This document shows positions 1-10,433 of a DNA stretch of 64,000 nt, piece by piece (the stretch's first letter is position 1; every line of letters begins with the position of its first letter). A program made the translations under genes and the position numbers. This DNA is from Chiloscyllium plagiosum. Lineage: Eukaryota. The DNA lies in contig NC_057719.1 of the NCBI RefSeq assembly GCF_004010195.1, positions 5,265,029-5,329,028 of the forward strand, given 5' to 3'. The notes beneath the pieces were generated by a model. The model did no database searches. It was not told the DNA's origin and was given only the letters and a program-made list of their open reading frames with translations.

Positions 1-386
1 TGCTTTTACCATGGAACAATTGCTCCCAGTCCATGCTTCATGTCTAATCGCATCATAGTTTCCACTTCCCCAATTAGATATCCTTCCATTTTGCCTAATC
101 CTCTTCTTCTCCATAGCTATGTAGAATGTGAGGCAGTTTTGGTCACTATCACCAAAATGCTCTCCCACCACCATATCTGATACCTGCCCCGGCTCGTTTC
201 CGAGCAGCCTCTCCCCTCGTCGGCCTGTCAACGTACTGAGTTAGGAAACCCTCCTGAACACACCTTACAAAAACAGCTCCATTCAAATCTTCTGCTCGAA
301 GGAGGTTCCAATCAATATTGGGAAAGTTAAAGTCACCCATTACAACAACCCTACTACGTCCACACTTTTCCAAAATCTGCCGAGCT
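1..386 (-). mobile_element. CR1-type LINE fragment (AP-endonuclease region)
   Basis: Translation VVVMGDFNFPNIDW...FLTQYVDRPTRG is typical of the CR1 ORF2 endonuclease. Confidence 0.9.
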
Positions 387-1210
387 ATTTGAAAATCTTC
401 TCTGGTTCCCAGAAACATTTATTGGAAAACAGGTTTTCAGGAGACAAACATATAGCCTCTATGGGTCTTCTTCACACTGAAACCTGGGTCTGTAAAAAGG
501 ATTCTAAGACTAAAAGTTGTTGCATAAAAGATAGCATCAAGGTTTCCATTTCATTCCAAATTCAGGATGTTTTGGTTACAAAGTTTATAAAGTCTTATCT
601 CCTTCAGAGCTTTACATGGCTGTTTCTCCAAGCCACATGATTCTCAGTCACAACCAGTAAACGAATAAACCATTAGTTTCATTTCCAAAAAATCAGATTT
701 AAAAGACACTAACCAATGCAGGTCCTTATTGGTCAATATCTTGCAGATTGTTCGAGATGATCCTTCAATATTAAAATGTGTTCATCCTTGGGAAATGAAA
801 TGCCATGTCAGACTGTGTTCATGATGCGGTAGTCATGAAAGCATATGGGCAGCACGGTGGCACAGTGGTTAGCACTGCTGTCTCACAGCGCCAGAGACCC
901 GGGTTTAACTCCCGCCTTGGGCAACTGTCTGTGTGGAGTTTGCACATTCTCCCCATGTCTGCGTGGGTTTCCTCCGGGTGCTCCGGTTTCCTCCCACAGT
1001 CCAAAGATGTGCAGGTCAGGTGAATTTGTCATGCTAAATTGCCCATAGTGTTAGGTGAAGGGGTATATGTAGGGGACAGTTGTTCGTTGGAGGGTGGACT
1101 TGTTGGGCCGAAGGGCCTGTTTCCACACTGTAGGGAATCTAATCTAATCTAAAATAAGACACAAAAGACTTAAACAAACATTCTCAATCATTCATTATAT
1201 AAAACCTACT
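387..1210. repeat. Unclassified dispersed repeat, inverted copy of 27410-27925 (interrupted by SINE 847-1151)
   Basis: Shared translations RFSGDKHIASxGLxxTETWVCKKDS on opposite strands; the DNA homology continues past the SINE. Confidence 0.8.
847..1151 (+). mobile_element. HE1-type (V-SINE) tRNA-derived SINE
   Basis: Head GGGCAGCACGGTGGCACAGTGGTTAGCACTGC with A/B-box-like motifs, central GGAGTTTGCACATTCTCCCC, and an (AATCT)n tail. Confidence 0.92.
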
Positions 1211-1233
1211 CATTCCCTCAGCGTCTTCTTTCG

Positions 1234-1531
1234 ATTAGATTACTTACAGTGTGGAAACAGGCCCTTCGGCCCAACAAGTCCACATCGCCCCGCCGAAGCG
1301 CAACCCACCCATACTCCTACATCTACCTCTTACCTAACACTACGAGCAATTTAGCATGGCCAATTCACCTGAGCTGCACATCTTTGGACTGTGGGAGGAA
1401 ACCGGAGCAAACCCACGCAGACACGGGGAGAATGTGCAAACTCCACACAGTCAGTCGCCTGAGGCGGGAATTGAACCCAGGTCTCTGGCGCTGTGAGGCA
1501 GCAGTGCTAACCACTGTGCCACCGTGCTGCC
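1234..1531 (-). mobile_element. HE1-type SINE
   Basis: Reverse complement of the 847-1151 family. Confidence 0.92.
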
Positions 1532-1584
1532 CACTCCAAACATTTCACACCATGGTATTCTTGATAGTACTTCAGCAATCGCAT

Positions 1585-1857
1585 TATTAGATTAGATTCC
1601 ATACAGTGTGGAAACAGGCGCTTCGGCCCAACCAGTCCACACCGACCCACCCAGACCCATTTCCCTCTGACTAATGCACCCAACACTATGGGCAATTTAG
1701 CATGGTCAATTCATCTAATCTACACATCTTTGGACTATGGGAGGAAACCGGAGCACCCGGAGGGAACCCATCCAGACAGTCGCCCGTGGCTGGAATCCAA
1801 CCTGGGACCCTGGTGCTGTGAGGCAACAGTGCTAACCACTGAGCCACCATGCCACCC
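1585..1857 (-). mobile_element. HE1-type SINE
   Basis: Reverse complement of the same family. Confidence 0.9.
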
Positions 1858-2679
1858 TTTTTAAGGCAATACGATAAATCTTTACATGATTGTGATAAAT
1901 GAGCAAACTGCAGAAATACATTCTTCTATGTTAATGTATACATTTTTTGAAGGGATTATGGTTAGTTTAGAATGGCATTTCTTTGTGCTTGTAGCTGGTA
2001 TTCACTTTGAGGTATTTCAGAGTTGGTGACAATTCCAGAGCTTCTTTGGTATTGGAAAGTATTTCTTATGATTCTTATTTATTTTCTTAGAAAAGTACCC
2101 CACTGGCCTCCCTGTGCCAGATTCATCTCCTTGGAATAAGACAGCACTGACACACACACCCACACCCACATTACTGGCATCATCACCATTTTAATGAGTT
2201 TAGTGAAGTCGGGTTGTCCAATACTGTTTCATTTCTTAGGAATGCCTTCAGGTTTCTTTGCACACTATAGATCATTTTACCTTTGCCTGTTTTGCAATAA
2301 ATCTACTGGGGTGACAAGCATCGTTCTGAAACCTGATATAAACATTCGAAACAAACACATTTCTAAAAAATCTATTGATTTCCTCCTGAGCTACAGGATA
2401 TAGAAATTCTATTAAAGCCTTATCTTGCCCTATCATGTGTATCTAATATGTTACCCACAATTTCACAAGCTCACTCTTAGCAGGATTTATGTCTAGATCA
2501 GCTAGCTGTCGCTGTTTAAGTAAGGCTTCCAATTGAATTATATATTGTTCCAATGTATGGCTGTATTAATTCATTTTCCGTACAAACTTCACAGTTAATG
2601 AAATTATGGTTCACAAGTGATCAGAAAGACACCAAATGTGTTTTTGAACTCAAATGGCATAACTCAGTGTCAGAGAAGA

Positions 2680-2940
2680 AAGGTGATGGCTTAACAATTT
2701 TGTCACTAGACTGTTAATTCAGAGATCCAATTAATGTTCTGAGGACCTCGGTTCAAATCCTGCTTAAGCAGATGGCGGAATTTGAAATCAATAATAATCA
2801 GGAATTTGGAGTCTAATGAAGACTATGAAATCATTCTTGATTGTAGGGAGAGACCTATCTGGTTCATTAATGTCCTTCAGGGAAGGAAATTACTACCATT
2901 ACCTGGTCTGGTCTATTTCTAATTCCTCACCCACATTAAT
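2680..2940 (+). mobile_element. Second, older tRNA-like SINE family (decayed)
   Basis: B-box-like ggttcaaatcc, then gcagatggcggaatttgaa...ctggttcattaatgtccttcagggaagg. Related copies at 3055-3335 and 39913-40125. Confidence 0.6.
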
Positions 2941-3054
2941 CCACAGAGCTCCATATAGTTTGACTAGGTTCAATCAAATAATTTTCAAACATTGTTTCTT
3001 CAAGACTTAGAGAACAAGGAAGTTATTTATTGATGCAGATTCCCCCGTTACAGG

Positions 3055-3335
3055 ATGTGGGTTTCAATCCCACCATGGCAGACGATGGAATTTGAAGTTA
3101 TAAAGAACTGGAATAAATAGCTAGTCTTATGGTGACCATGTAACCCTTGTTGATGGCCATGAAACCTTCCTGGTTCACTGATGTCCTTCAGTGAAGGAAA
3201 TCAACCAGCATTTCCCAATCTGCTTCAATACCGACAGCAATGTGCTTGACGATGAACTGTTCTCTCGGCAATTACAGATGGGCAATAAATGGCAGGCTAG
3301 CCAGGGATGCCCACATCCCATGCACAAAGGAATTA
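3055..3335 (+). mobile_element. Older SINE copy with LINE-like 3' tail
   Basis: Similar to 2680-2940; tail ggcaattacagatgggcaataaat...gccag resembles the end of the element at 16785-16850. Confidence 0.6.
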
Positions 3336-3847
3336 AAATCTACATCATTCTTAATAAAATCAAACATCCTGCTTTTTCTTCATGTATTTCCTTGCATTCC
3401 TGAGTCCTTACATCCTACAACATTCTCGCATAGACCTTCCTCTCAGTGGGAAAATACAACTTGTATCTGTTCCATTACTTTGGTATTGGCTAACAGTGAC
3501 AGGTACAAATTCTGAATTGTCCACAATTCTTTCCATCTCTCTCTTACTGTCGCTGTCTTCTTCCTCTATTGTTTAAATAACTGAGATACCTGCTCATTTT
3601 TATCAATTTCATTACAATGCTTTCAGAAAGTAAATGCCACTTGTTTTCCTGTGAATTTGACTGACTACCAATTGAACCACTTCAATAAATTTCTTAACCA
3701 TCTTGCCTGGGCCACTGAATCCTGCATGATCCCCCTGCGTGGTAATTATACCAATGCTTCATCTCCTGTTTGTTGTGTTCTGGTTTTAACATGCATATCT
3801 GCCCAACCTTTCCTTGTTGCCTGGGAACTTTTTAAATACTCACATGT

Positions 3848-4420
3848 ATTATGGACCAGGTCACACCCCCTCAAATATTTTAAGAATGTAGCCTAGACCT
3901 TAACTTTGCTTATTTTAAAGACAGATGTGAAGTAGATATTCCAGGTATGATGCAGCTGGTCAAACCACTCAGCTTTAACCAAAACAGAGTTTATTTAAAT
4001 GCTGCAGCTGAATGAAGAACAAAAGAAAACCAAATATAGAATAACTTACTTATTGGAAGACCTAACTAATGCGACACAGTAATGTAACTAAGGAGCTGTT
4101 CCAATTCCTGTAACATCCCATAAACACACCCCTTGGCAAAAGGTAAATTCAAACAGGTTCTGACAGGTAAGAGAGATTTCAGAGAGAAAGGTCAGTCAAG
4201 AACCTTTCTCTGCACTGCAGCAGCTTCTCTGTTACAGCTGGACCAGCAGCTTCTCACTGTTATGAATAAACCAAACTAGAAAATATCTGAACTGGGAGAA
4301 CTTGCCACTCCCCTACTATAGTTAAGCTGAGGTCTTTCCAAATATTTCGGCACTTCTGCCTTTACAACCTCTTTAAACAAAAAATCAAGGTCAAAGCAAC
4401 CTTGCCAAAGCAATGTCACA
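3848..4420 (-). mobile_element. Solo LTR of the Gmr1-type Gypsy family
   Basis: Reverse complement resembles LTRs 10434-11072 and 15337-15958; absent from the paralogous site at ~40625. Confidence 0.8.
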
Positions 4421-4774
4421 CATGGCATTATCGTCACACATGGTATTATCGTCACACATGGTATTTTGCATCCTGTAGATGCAGAAATGCAGGCACATAA
4501 TCTACTGCAGAGGATGCGTCTTTTAGAGTCATAGAGTCATTGTCCTATAACTTTTTGCTTGATCGATTATTGTGGATCACTTACCTCATGATCATTAATT
4601 ACATGAATACATGAATCATGAATATATTAAACACAACAGATTCACTTCATGAATCTCTGGTAGAAAGTCACAGAAAAACCAGATGTTTGTCCCAATCAGA
4701 GGGATATTGATTAAAGCATGTTTTAATCATTGTCTTTAGAGTCTGATGGGAGCTCACTGTGTTTGTGGATTATA

Positions 4775-5069
4775 TGATTAGATTAGATTACTTACAGTGT
4801 GGAAACAGGCCCTTCGGCCCAACAAGTCCACACCGACCCTCCAAAGAGCAACCCACCCAGACCCATTCTCCTACATTTACCCCTTCACCTAACACTACGG
4901 GTAATTTAGCATGGCCGATTCACCCAACCTGCACATTTTTGGGCTGTGGGAGGAAACCAGAGCACATAGGGAGAATGTGCAAACTCCACACAGACAGTTG
5001 CCTGAGGCAGGAATTGAACCTGGGTATATGGCGCTGTGAGGCAGCAGTGCTAACCACTGTGCCACCCCA
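4775..5069 (-). mobile_element. HE1-type SINE
   Basis: Same family; flanked by ATATG direct repeats; absent from the paralogous site at ~40925. Confidence 0.92.
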
Positions 5070-5162
5070 TATGCTGTGACTACAACTGTTTTATACTCAA
5101 ATTATCCATTTTGGCCTGAGCACTTTGAAATAAATTGAAACAGTTTGTCTGACAGTGTTTCG

Positions 5163-5595
5163 ATTCACACAACAGCTTATAGCCAAAAGGTTTCGTTGGA
5201 AGGACTAGTTTTCGGAGCACTGTTCCTTCATCAGGTCGCTGTGGAACAGGATCATAAGACACAGAATTTATAGCAAAAGATTACAGTGTCATGCAACCGA
5301 TTGTCAGGGGTAAATATAAGGGACAGGTAATGGGTCTGAGTGTGTTACTCTTTAGAGGGTCGGTGTGCACTTGTTGGACCGAAGGCCTTGTTTCCACACT
5401 GTACAGATTTTATGATTCTATGATTCTATGAACTTAAATGATATATTAAAGAAATCTAGATTGCTGTTTTCAATTAACCTAAACCTGCAACCCATTCTAA
5501 AAGATGAAAGAGTTAATAGCAATCTAGGGTATAAGCTGGTGTTGTGTGCTTTTTAACTTTGTCTACTCCAGTCCAATACCAGCTCCTCCACATCA
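5163..5595. mobile_element. Penelope-derived palindromic short element with a nested SINE 3' fragment (~5303-5430)
   Basis: Same family as 52993-53203 and 23975-24157; a hammerhead-like motif is on the minus strand at 5203-5237. Confidence 0.65.
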
Positions 5596-6079
5596 TGTAT
5601 TTCTATTATAATACTTACTAGTAGCTCATAATGAATAAAAAAATGATTTGTCCACCCGAGTTGCAAATGTCCCCAAAGAAATGAATTCTAGAAACAAAGT
5701 AGTCAAACCCATATTAGGCCACTAAGCCTATTGGGGCTGCCCTGTCATTCAATACACTTCAATAACATTTACCAGCCATTGGTAAACAGAAATCCATCAA
5801 TCTCTGCACTAAACATACTCAAGAACTGAGATTGAACAGTTGTCAGTGGCACAAAGTTCCAAATGTTCCTCTGATTCAATAAATTCACCTCATCTCACAC
5901 CTAAGTGGAAATCTGTTGATTCAATTACCAAACTAGCCAACTGCTTTTCTCTTGTACTATTATCTCAAAACTAACAAATGTCTACCATGATCATTCAGTG
6001 ACCTCAAAATACTCTATTATAAATAAAATTACTATTATAGCAAAGTGCAAACTCTGATTAACACTGAAGCGATAGTGAG

Positions 6080-7295
6080 TTTTGAGAAGATTTGTGGCTC
6101 AGGTTGCGGTTCTGGATGTAGGTTTGCTCACTGAGCTGCAAGGTTCATTATCAGGCGTTTTGTCTCCAAAATAGATAACATCTTCAGTGAGCCTCCGGAC
6201 GAAGCATTGCTGATGATTCCTGTTGTCTATTTTTATGTTTGAGTTTCTTTGGGTTGGTGAGGCCATTTCCTTGGTAATGTCATTTCCTATGGTGATGACA
6301 TTTCCTGTTCTTTTTCTCAGGTAGTGGTAAATTGAATCCAAGTCAATGTGTTTGTTGATAGAGTTCCAGTTGGAATGTCATGCTTCTAGGAATTCTCGTG
6401 CATGTCTCTGTTTGGCTTGTCCGAGGATGGATGTGTTGTCCCAGTCGAAGTGGTGTTGTTCCTCATCCTTATGTGAGGATACTAGTGAGAGAGGGTCATG
6501 TCTTTTTGTGGCTAATTGGTGTTCATGTCTCCTGGTGGCTAGTTTTCTGCCTGTTTGTCCAATGTAGTGTTTGTTACAGTCCTTGCATGGTATTTTGTAA
6601 ATGACATTAGTTTTGCTCATTGTCTGTATATGAACACAGTCTGTAGATTTCTCAGCATCAAACCCAAACAAGCAAACAAAACACACCCAGAAACCCTAGG
6701 TCAGACCCCTTGGCACCATGGTAGCCCACAAACCCAACAACACGCTAAAACAGCAGCTAATGAACTTGAAAGACCCTATACGGACAACAAGCAAAACTGA
6801 TGTTATTTACAAAATACCATGTAAGGACTGTAACAAACACTACATTGACAAACAGGCAGAAAACTAGCCACCAGGATACATGAACATCAACCAGCTAAAA
6901 AATGACATGACCCTCTCTCACTAGTATCCTTACATACAGATGAGGAAGGACACCATTTCGACTAGGACAACACATCCATCCTTGGACAAGCCAAACAGAG
7001 ACACGCACAAGAATTCTTAGAAGTATGGCATTCCAACCAGAACTCTATCAACAAACACATTGACTTGGACCTGATTTACCACCTACTGAGAAAAAGAACA
7101 GGAAATGACATCACCAAAGGAAATGATATCACTGCAGTAAATGGCATCATGAGCCCAAAGAAACCCAACATTTAATAGAAAGCAGGAATCATCATCAATG
7201 CTTCATCCGGAGGCTCACTGAAGATGTTACCTAGTATGGTGATGAAACGTCTGAAAATTAAACTTCCAGCTCAGTGACCAAACCTACATCCAGAA
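6080..7295. mobile_element. Penelope-like element (GIY-YIG endonuclease end) in head-to-head inverted arrangement
   Basis: NVIYKIPCKDCNKHYIGQTGRKLATRxHEH on the minus strand (6378-6630), and the same sequence on the plus strand from ~6795. The arms are inverted repeats. Confidence 0.9.
7215..7254 (+). ncRNA. Minimal (Penelope-type) hammerhead ribozyme motif
   Basis: tca-CTGAAGA-t-gttacc(tagtat)ggtgat-GAAA-cg-TC-tga: intact core, stem II, palindromic ACGT stem III, GUC triplet, stem I tca/tga. Confidence 0.65.
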
Positions 7296-8250
7296 CTGAA
7301 GCAATGATCCAAAATTAAAAGCATGTCCCTGGTATCTCATGCACAGACACAATCACTGAACACAAAAAAGTTCATCCCTGCAGAGATAATTTTAAAAAGG
7401 AAGAAGGGACATAACAACCCTGCGGGCTCAGTACACATTAAATTGTTGGCTTCATTTCCAAAAAAGAACACTTTTAAAAGAAATCCTTTCAATACAGATA
7501 ATACCCAAATAGTCCAAAATCTTCCAGCTTTTCCAATTGTTGTTTGTCAAACATAAATTCAGAAATTCCAAACATAAATACATAACCCCAACAGTAATTG
7601 AATGATAACCAACATCTGGAAGTAATTTGCCAGAGCAACCCCAGAACGTCCCTATTTATACTTCAATGACTTGAAAACTAACTCTTGCACAATCTAATAA
7701 CTTTACCATGAGAACTACCCAGCATTGTGAAATCTACCATCCATCCTGAGATATACTCACCATCATGAAATGTTCCCATACACTACTGAATAAAAGCAAG
7801 TGGGAAGGTTCACGAAGTTGAAAATAGAAGTTGCGTATCAGGGACAAGTCACATTTTTTTGAAATGTAGGATGGAGATATGGATCATTGATAAAGAAGGG
7901 GCTGGTGGTTTGTCAGTTTTGACAGGTATAGAGAGACAGGTGTGGAGTATTGAAGGTAGGCTCGAATGGCTCCTGATTATGGTGTCATCTCTGGGCTGAG
8001 ACAGTTCATTTTCACAGTGTTATCGAATGGGGAGGAAGGGGACAGGCCACAATAATGTATCTGCCTGATATTGAAAGGGATTGTTGGAATGATGGAGGAT
8101 GGAACAAGATTGGGAAGGGAGAGGGATGAGAGTTTGAAATGAAAAGAAAGAAACATTTAAAAGATGACAGTAAAGTGTGAAATAAGAAATTGCTTCAATT
8201 TAATCGGAAACTCATTTTCATTGTGAGAAAAAAATATTCCGTACGGCTTG

Positions 8251-9068
8251 TTCCACCAACAATAACATTTCTCATTGTACTGTTCACCGGCACTGATATT
8301 CTTTACTGGGTCAACTGAACAGGTGTAAGATTCTACAGTTTGACAGTCTCCTGAGCTGAAGATGACAAGTTTGGTCTTGGTCAGTCGGGATGTGATGCTG
8401 GGAAAGAAGGGGCGGGAAAGGAATCAAATTTCTCGGAAAACTTGGTCATTTGTTTGTACTTGTCTCGGTTACAGCCTCTAAGTCTCGGAGATTCCTGCAC
8501 TAAAGGGCACGGCGCTGTGATGTAGAGAGCTCTCTCTCTCTCTCTCTGACGGCTACATAAACTCACCTTCAGACCAGAAATGGTGCAGAAACAGCACAGG
8601 GGGTGTGTGTGTGGATGTAGATGGTGCTCAGTCTCTGTGAGAAGGCGGTGATGATATAGATCGGTGTGAGTCCTGGTTTCTCCTTGACCCTTAAGCACTT
8701 GTTGTGAATGCCAGTCCGTGCAAATCGAGGGGGATAGAGGCGACTAACTGTAACGTGGAAAGAGTCGCCAAACTTCACATCGATCAATTCACCCAAGAAG
8801 GAAATTCCGGAACAGGTCCGACTGTCTGTCAGGAATAGACAACAGGGACTGACTCACAGGTAACACTTCCATTGGTTTCTAACCATCCGCAGAACCCAGG
8901 GGAGAGAATGAAGTGTAGTGCACGAAGAGCAAGAGAAGTTGGCGGGAAAATCAGAGCTGAGTGATTTGATGACAGTTTTTGTTTCGAAGTTGTTAAACTG
9001 TGAAAGTGTCTCTGTTACTCTCAGCAATCCGCGGGACATGGACCTGGTGGGATTGGATATTCCTGGTT
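8251..9068 (+). promoter_or_regulatory. Putative promoter / non-coding first exon block, copy A
   Basis: Non-TE-looking and relatively CpG-rich. Contains GC box GGGGCGGG (8409), GAS-like TTCTCGGAA (8430), (CT)n, TACATAAA (8554), donor-like GTGAGT (8666), AP-1 TGACTCA (8850) and CAG|GTAAC (8860). Near-identical copies at 41.7 and 56.3 kb; lies upstream of paralog 1. Confidence 0.55.
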
Positions 9069-9244
9069 TGGATCAAACACAGAAATTGCTGGAGATAGTC
9101 AGCAATTCTCTCTGCTTCCAGTAGCAGCGGTGTGTGTACCATCTACAAGATGCACTGCAGAAATTCACCCAATACCCTCAGACAGCACCGTCCAAACCCA
9201 CAACCACTTCCAGCTGGAAGGGCAAGGGCAGCAGAAATCTGAAA

Positions 9245-10433
9245 ATGCAAAAACCCAAAAGAACTGCGGGGGCTGGAAATCTGAAACAATAATAGAAATT
9301 GCTGGAAAATCTCAGCAGGTCTGGCAGCATGTGCAGACAGAAATTAGAGTTAATGTATAGGGTCCAGTGACCTTTCATCAGAACTGATGGTGGCTAGGGA
9401 AAGGATGGTTTACATACAGAAGATAGGGTACGGGGAAGGGGGGGTTGGGTGATTAAACAGAGATGGACATAGACCCGAGAGAGAGAGAGAAAAACAGTTG
9501 AATTGTCAAAGGAGTGGTTAAAGATCTGTTTCTAGGGAATGGATGCCTACTAGTGGGTAGTGTGTGGTAGCAGCCTATGATACCAGGCCTGGTGTGTGGG
9601 GATTTGGGGTAAGGACTTGGAAGAAAGTACCTCACACCCCAAAATTGTTCAACTTGATATTGAGTCCAGAAAGCTGTAGAGTCTCCAAGTGGAAACTTAG
9701 GTGGTGCTCTTCCAGCTTGCTCTGAGCTTGGTTGGAGCACTGCAGTTACAGATGTTGGGGCCAGGGAACAGAGTGGTGTGTTGAAGTGGCATGCAACTGG
9801 AAGCTCAGGGTAATTTTAGTCGATGGAATGTTGGTGTTCCGCAAAGTGGTTGCCCAGCCTGCATTTTGTCTCCCCATGCGTACAGGAGACCACATTGTGA
9901 GCAGCGAATGCAGTAGACTGGATTGAGTGAAGTGCGCTGCTTCACCAGGATGGTGTGTTTGGGCCCTTGGACAGTGAGGAGGGAGGAAGTAAACAGGCAG
10001 GTGTTACACCTTCTGCAGTTGCAGGGGAAGCTGCTGTAGGTCTGTGGGAGACTGTTGGGAGGAGAGGAAGATAGGATCAAGGTGTCCTGGAGTCAATGTA
10101 CCTATGGAAGGTTGAGAGTGGAGGGGGTATGTGTCTGTTGGGGGCATCCTGCTGGAGATGGCAGAAGTGGGAGCTAATGATCCTCGGGATGGGGATGTTG
10201 GTTGGATGGTGGGTGAGGACAAGGGGGACCCTATTGCTGTTGTGAGAAGGAAGAGAGTGGCTGAGAGTGAAGTGCGTGAGATGGATTGGACCTGGCTGAG
10301 GGCCCTGTCAATTACGGTGCTGGGGAAGCCTCGGTTGAGGAAGAAGGTGGAGATTTCAGAGGCCCCTATGTCAAAGTTAACATCATCAGAACAGCTGCAA
10401 GAGATGGAGGAACTGGGAGAATGGAATAGAGAC
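9245..10433 (-). mobile_element. Penelope-like element, 3' part (GIY-YIG); split by Gypsy insertion
   Basis: VYCIRCSQCGLLY motif; the sequence continues at 15959. Confidence 0.85.

Noticed and set aside
847..920. tRNA-like heads as tRNA genes
   Set aside because: They are the 5' parts of multi-copy HE1-type SINEs, with SINE bodies and tails.
4415..4465. Short direct repeats as a CRISPR-like array
   Set aside because: Contiguous tandem duplication without spacers in a vertebrate genome.
8381..9124. Short ORFs repeated in all three promoter blocks (MGELIDVKFG..., MSRGLLRVTE..., MHEEQEKLA...) as a novel small-protein family
   Set aside because: They recur only because the DNA is near-identical. 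Several start at non-ATG codons, indels in the G/T and (CT)n tracts shift frames between copies, and I recognise no domain.
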